Assembly (NCBI GenBank): GCA_963714095.1
Contig: OY970230.1
Location: forward strand, 660,084-724,083
Reading direction: 5' to 3'
DNA from: Candidatus Gottesmanbacteria bacterium
GTDB lineage: Bacteria; Patescibacteriota; Microgenomatia; UBA10105; UBA927
DNA length: 64,000 nucleotides
This document shows positions 61,456-64,000 of the stretch, one piece after another; positions within the stretch are counted from its first letter, which is position 1, and every line of letters starts with the position of its first letter. The position numbers and the translations under genes were made by a program. Under the pieces are notes generated by a model. It was not told the DNA's origin. It worked only from the letters and a program-made list of their open reading frames with translations, and did not search any database.

Positions 61456-63342
61456 ATGGCAGAGAAACCACAACAAAAAGTTCAAAAAAAGAACGGAAAC
61501 GGGAAGAAATCCAAAATCTGGATGTTCCGGTTTCACCTGAACCTCAAAAACATCTTCATCGGACTATTTGCGTTGTTTATCCTTTTGTCACTATTGGGAA
61601 GTATCGGCGGGCAAAATTCTAACGCGCCCGAAAAGCCGCTTTCCACGGTGATTACCGATGTGAAGGCGGGGAGCGTCAGCAGTATTGAGGTTGAGGATAC
61701 CAAGCTGACAGTGTCCTACAAAAACGGCACGAAAGCCGTGGCATATAAGGAAACGCAGGATTCGCTGTATAAAGTGCTTTCCGATGCGGGCGTGGATCCG
61801 AAGAACGTTGCCATTACCGTCAAGGATCAAACTACAAGTCAGCTGTGGATGAATATTCTTTCTAATGTATTACCCCTGGTGTTAACCGTGGTATTTTTTC
61901 TCTTCCTTTTCCGTCAGGCGCGCGGTGCCCAGGACAATATTTTCAGTTTCGGTCAGAGCAAAGCCCGTATTTGGAATAAAGATCTGCCCAAAGTAACATT
62001 TGCGGATGTGGCTGGCGTTGATGAGGCAAAGAAAGAACTGGAGGAGGTCGTTGATTTCTTAAAAAATCCCACGAAATACAAAGCGCTCGGCGCCAGGACT
62101 CCGAAAGGGGTACTGCTTGTTGGGCCCAGCGGAACGGGCAAGACGCTTCTTGCCAAAGCCATGGCAGGGGAGGCGAAGACGTCGTTTTACAGTATCGCAG
62201 GATCGGAGTTTATGGAAATGCTTGTTGGGGTTGGCGCCGCACGTGTGCGTGATTTATTTGCTCAGGCTAAGAAAACCGCACCGGCAATTATTTTTATTGA
62301 TGAAATCGATGCCATCGGACGCATGCGCAGTGTCGGCATTATGGGCGGACATGACGAGCGCGAACAGACCCTCAATCAGATTCTTGTTGAAATGGACGGA
62401 TTTGAACCAAATGTTGCCGTTCTTATCGTAGCTGCGACTAACCGCGGGGATCTGTTGGATCCGGCGCTCCTTCGGCCCGGACGGTTTGACCGGCGCGTGG
62501 TCTTGGACATGCCGGACATTGAAGGACGGAAAGCCATTCTTGCAATTCATGCCAAAGGCAAGCCGTTTGCAGCCGGTGTTGACTGGGATAAAGTAGCCCG
62601 CCGTACGGTCGGTTTTTCTGGGGCAGATTTGGAGAATATGCTTAACGAAGCGGCAATTCAGGCAGCACGCGGGAATAAAAAGGAAATTGACATGGCAGAC
62701 CTTGAAGAGGCTGCAACGAAAGTGAAATTGGGGCCGGAGAAAAAGCGGTTGCAAAGTGATATGGACCGTAAAATGACCGCGTATCATGAGAGCGGACACG
62801 CAGTCGTTTCGTATTTCTCCAAATATACGGATGCGGTGCATAGGATCAGTATTGTGTCCCGTGGAATGGCCTTGGGGTACACGCTTTCGCCACCGGAAAA
62901 GGACCGTCTGCATGAAACGAAATCGCATTTGATTGATGAAATTGCCATGACGATGGGGGGCCGCGCCGCAGAGCAGTTAATTTTTAACGAAATGACATCG
63001 GGTGCTGCCAATGATATCGATCAGGCCACGAGGATTGCTCGGTATATGGTTATGGAGTTTGGTATGTCGGATCTCGGGCCCATCAATTTCGGGCCGCAAA
63101 TGGACGTGACGGAATGGGGGAAGAGTTTGAGTGAGCAGCAGCAAATTTCGCCGGAAATGATGTCGAAAATCGATACCGAAATTCAAAAATTCGTGAATGC
63201 TGGGTACAAAGAAGCCGTCGATATTCTAAAAAAACATCAGACACAGTTGAAGGCAATTGCAGAATTACTTCTCAAGAAAGAAACTGTTGAAGGTGATGAA
63301 TTTGAAGCCCTCATGGGCGGCCCCAAGAAAAAACTCGAATAA
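61456..63342 (+). CDS. ftsH: ATP-dependent zinc metalloprotease FtsH
   Basis: AAA Walker [14 protein letters not shown], second region of homology, HESGHAVV zinc motif, N-terminal TM helices. Confidence 0.9.
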   Translation: MAEKPQQKVQKKNGNGKKSKIWMFRFHLNLKNIFIGLFALFILLSLLGSIGGQNSNAPEKPLSTVITDVKAGSVSSIEVEDTKLTVSYKNGTKAVAYKETQDSLYKVLSDAGVDPKNVAITVKDQTTSQLWMNILSNVLPLVLTVVFFLFLFRQARGAQDNIFSFGQSKARIWNKDLPKVTFADVAGVDEAKKELEEVVDFLKNPTKYKALGARTPKGVLLVGPSGTGKTLLAKAMAGEAKTSFYSIAGSEFMEMLVGVGAARVRDLFAQAKKTAPAIIFIDEIDAIGRMRSVGIMGGHDEREQTLNQILVEMDGFEPNVAVLIVAATNRGDLLDPALLRPGRFDRRVVLDMPDIEGRKAILAIHAKGKPFAAGVDWDKVARRTVGFSGADLENMLNEAAIQAARGNKKEIDMADLEEAATKVKLGPEKKRLQSDMDRKMTAYHESGHAVVSYFSKYTDAVHRISIVSRGMALGYTLSPPEKDRLHETKSHLIDEIAMTMGGRAAEQLIFNEMTSGAANDIDQATRIARYMVMEFGMSDLGPINFGPQMDVTEWGKSLSEQQQISPEMMSKIDTEIQKFVNAGYKEAVDILKKHQTQLKAIAELLLKKETVEGDEFEALMGGPKKKLE

Positions 63343-63359
63343 TCTCCTATAATACCTTC

Positions 63360-64000
63360 ATGAACCGATTGGTATTAATCGACGGCAATGCCATATTGCA
63401 CCGCGCGTATCACGCACTGCCGCCCCTCACGGCGCCGGACGGGTCGGTCGTAAACGCCGTATATGGATTCGGTACAATGCTCCTGAGGCTTATTACCGAC
63501 CTTAAACCCACCCATGTAGCCGTTGCATTTGACCGGCCAAAGCCTACGTTCCGGAAAGAATTGTTTGCCGGATATCAGGCCAAGCGGCCGAAAATGGATG
63601 AGGAATTAGTGGATCAGATCCCCAAAGTCCATGCGCTTGTTTCTGGCTTTGGTATTCCGATTTTTGAAAAAGACGGGTTTGAGGCAGATGACGTTATTGG
63701 TACACTCGCTAAAAATGCGAAAAAAGACGGTATAGATCAGGTGATTATCGTAACCGGTGACCGGGATATATTACAATTGGTTGAGGATGAAAAAATACTT
63801 GTCTGGATGCCGACAAAAGGATTATCGGAGGCGAAATTATACGATGAAAAAGCAGTGAAAGAGCGGATGGGGGTGGCACCAAATAAAATTCCGGATTTTA
63901 AAGCGCTTGCCGGCGACCCGTCAGATAATTATCCGGGAATTCCTGGCGTTGGCCCCAAAACCGCAGCGGCACTTTTAGCCAAATATAAAACACTTGCGGG
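63360..64000 (+). CDS. polA: DNA polymerase I, 5'-3' exonuclease N-terminal domain (partial, runs off window)
   Basis: LVLIDGNAILHRAYHALP...VYGF...DRPKPTFRKELFAGYKA...ITGDRD 5'-nuclease motifs; no stop before the window end. Confidence 0.8.
   Translation, partial: MNRLVLIDGNAILHRAYHALPPLTAPDGSVVNAVYGFGTMLLRLITDLKPTHVAVAFDRPKPTFRKELFAGYQAKRPKMDEELVDQIPKVHALVSGFGIPIFEKDGFEADDVIGTLAKNAKKDGIDQVIIVTGDRDILQLVEDEKILVWMPTKGLSEAKLYDEKAVKERMGVAPNKIPDFKALAGDPSDNYPGIPGVGPKTAAALLAKYKTLA

Noticed and set aside
1-64000. CRISPR arrays and rRNA operons
   Set aside because: No series of regularly spaced direct repeats and no rRNA-like conserved stretches were seen; the only tandem repeats are short in-frame coding repeats (15770..15880, 57592..57651, the Ala-rich tail of rplY).

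Overview
This 64 kb window looks like a small-genome, Patescibacteria/CPR-like bacterium; that assignment is inference from gene content only. The evidence for it is an rpmH-rnpA-yidD-yidC-jag cluster, a DUF4012 protein, a TrpB2, membrane-anchored nucleases and phosphodiesterases, and Pro/Thr-rich surface proteins.

In order along the window:
- 0-12.3 kb: a cell-surface glycan locus with GT1 and GT-A glycosyltransferases, an FkbM-like methyltransferase, two PglC-like phosphoglycosyl transferases, a Wzm/Wzt ABC exporter, and a WbpB/WbpE-like oxidoreductase/aminotransferase pair. Embedded in it are a predicted PAPS-type sulfotransferase, a fusion of an HxGH nucleotidyltransferase with APS kinase, and a NitT/TauT-family ABC importer. 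Together these read as a candidate glycan-sulfation system.
- 12.3-17 kb: large secreted or surface proteins with PT repeats and a Cys-rich module.
- 17-20.3 kb: an HTH-NB-ARC-TPR STAND NTPase next to a macro-domain protein and a PncA-like nicotinamidase.
- 20.8-25.7 kb: rpmH (missed by the ORF track), rnpA, yidD, yidC, jag, then an O-antigen-ligase-like protein, a Wzx-like flippase and RNase H.
- 25.7-38.8 kb: housekeeping genes (DUF4012 protein, rplY, nth, cyclophilin, epmA-efp, a membrane-anchored thermonuclease, a short valS, xerC/D, ftsB) and a canonical tRNA-Met on the minus strand.
- 38.9-57.2 kb: 20 consecutive minus-strand genes. They begin with a large serine recombinase whose 3' end overlaps a degenerate tRNA-like structure, followed by about 7 kb of hypothetical element-like genes. 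Next come a GT-C membrane glycosyltransferase, an HExxH protein, an LtaS-like and an NPP-like alkaline-phosphatase-superfamily enzyme, and two giant overlapping hypothetical proteins. A 29-nt motif is repeated upstream of two of these genes.
- 57.5-64 kb: an RRM protein, then a promoter followed by a ~245-nt leader that can fold into either a T-box-like antiterminator or a terminator. After that come tRNA-Trp, trpB2, trpS (with a tRNA-binding tail), ftsH and the 5' part of polA.

No rRNA genes or CRISPR arrays were seen.
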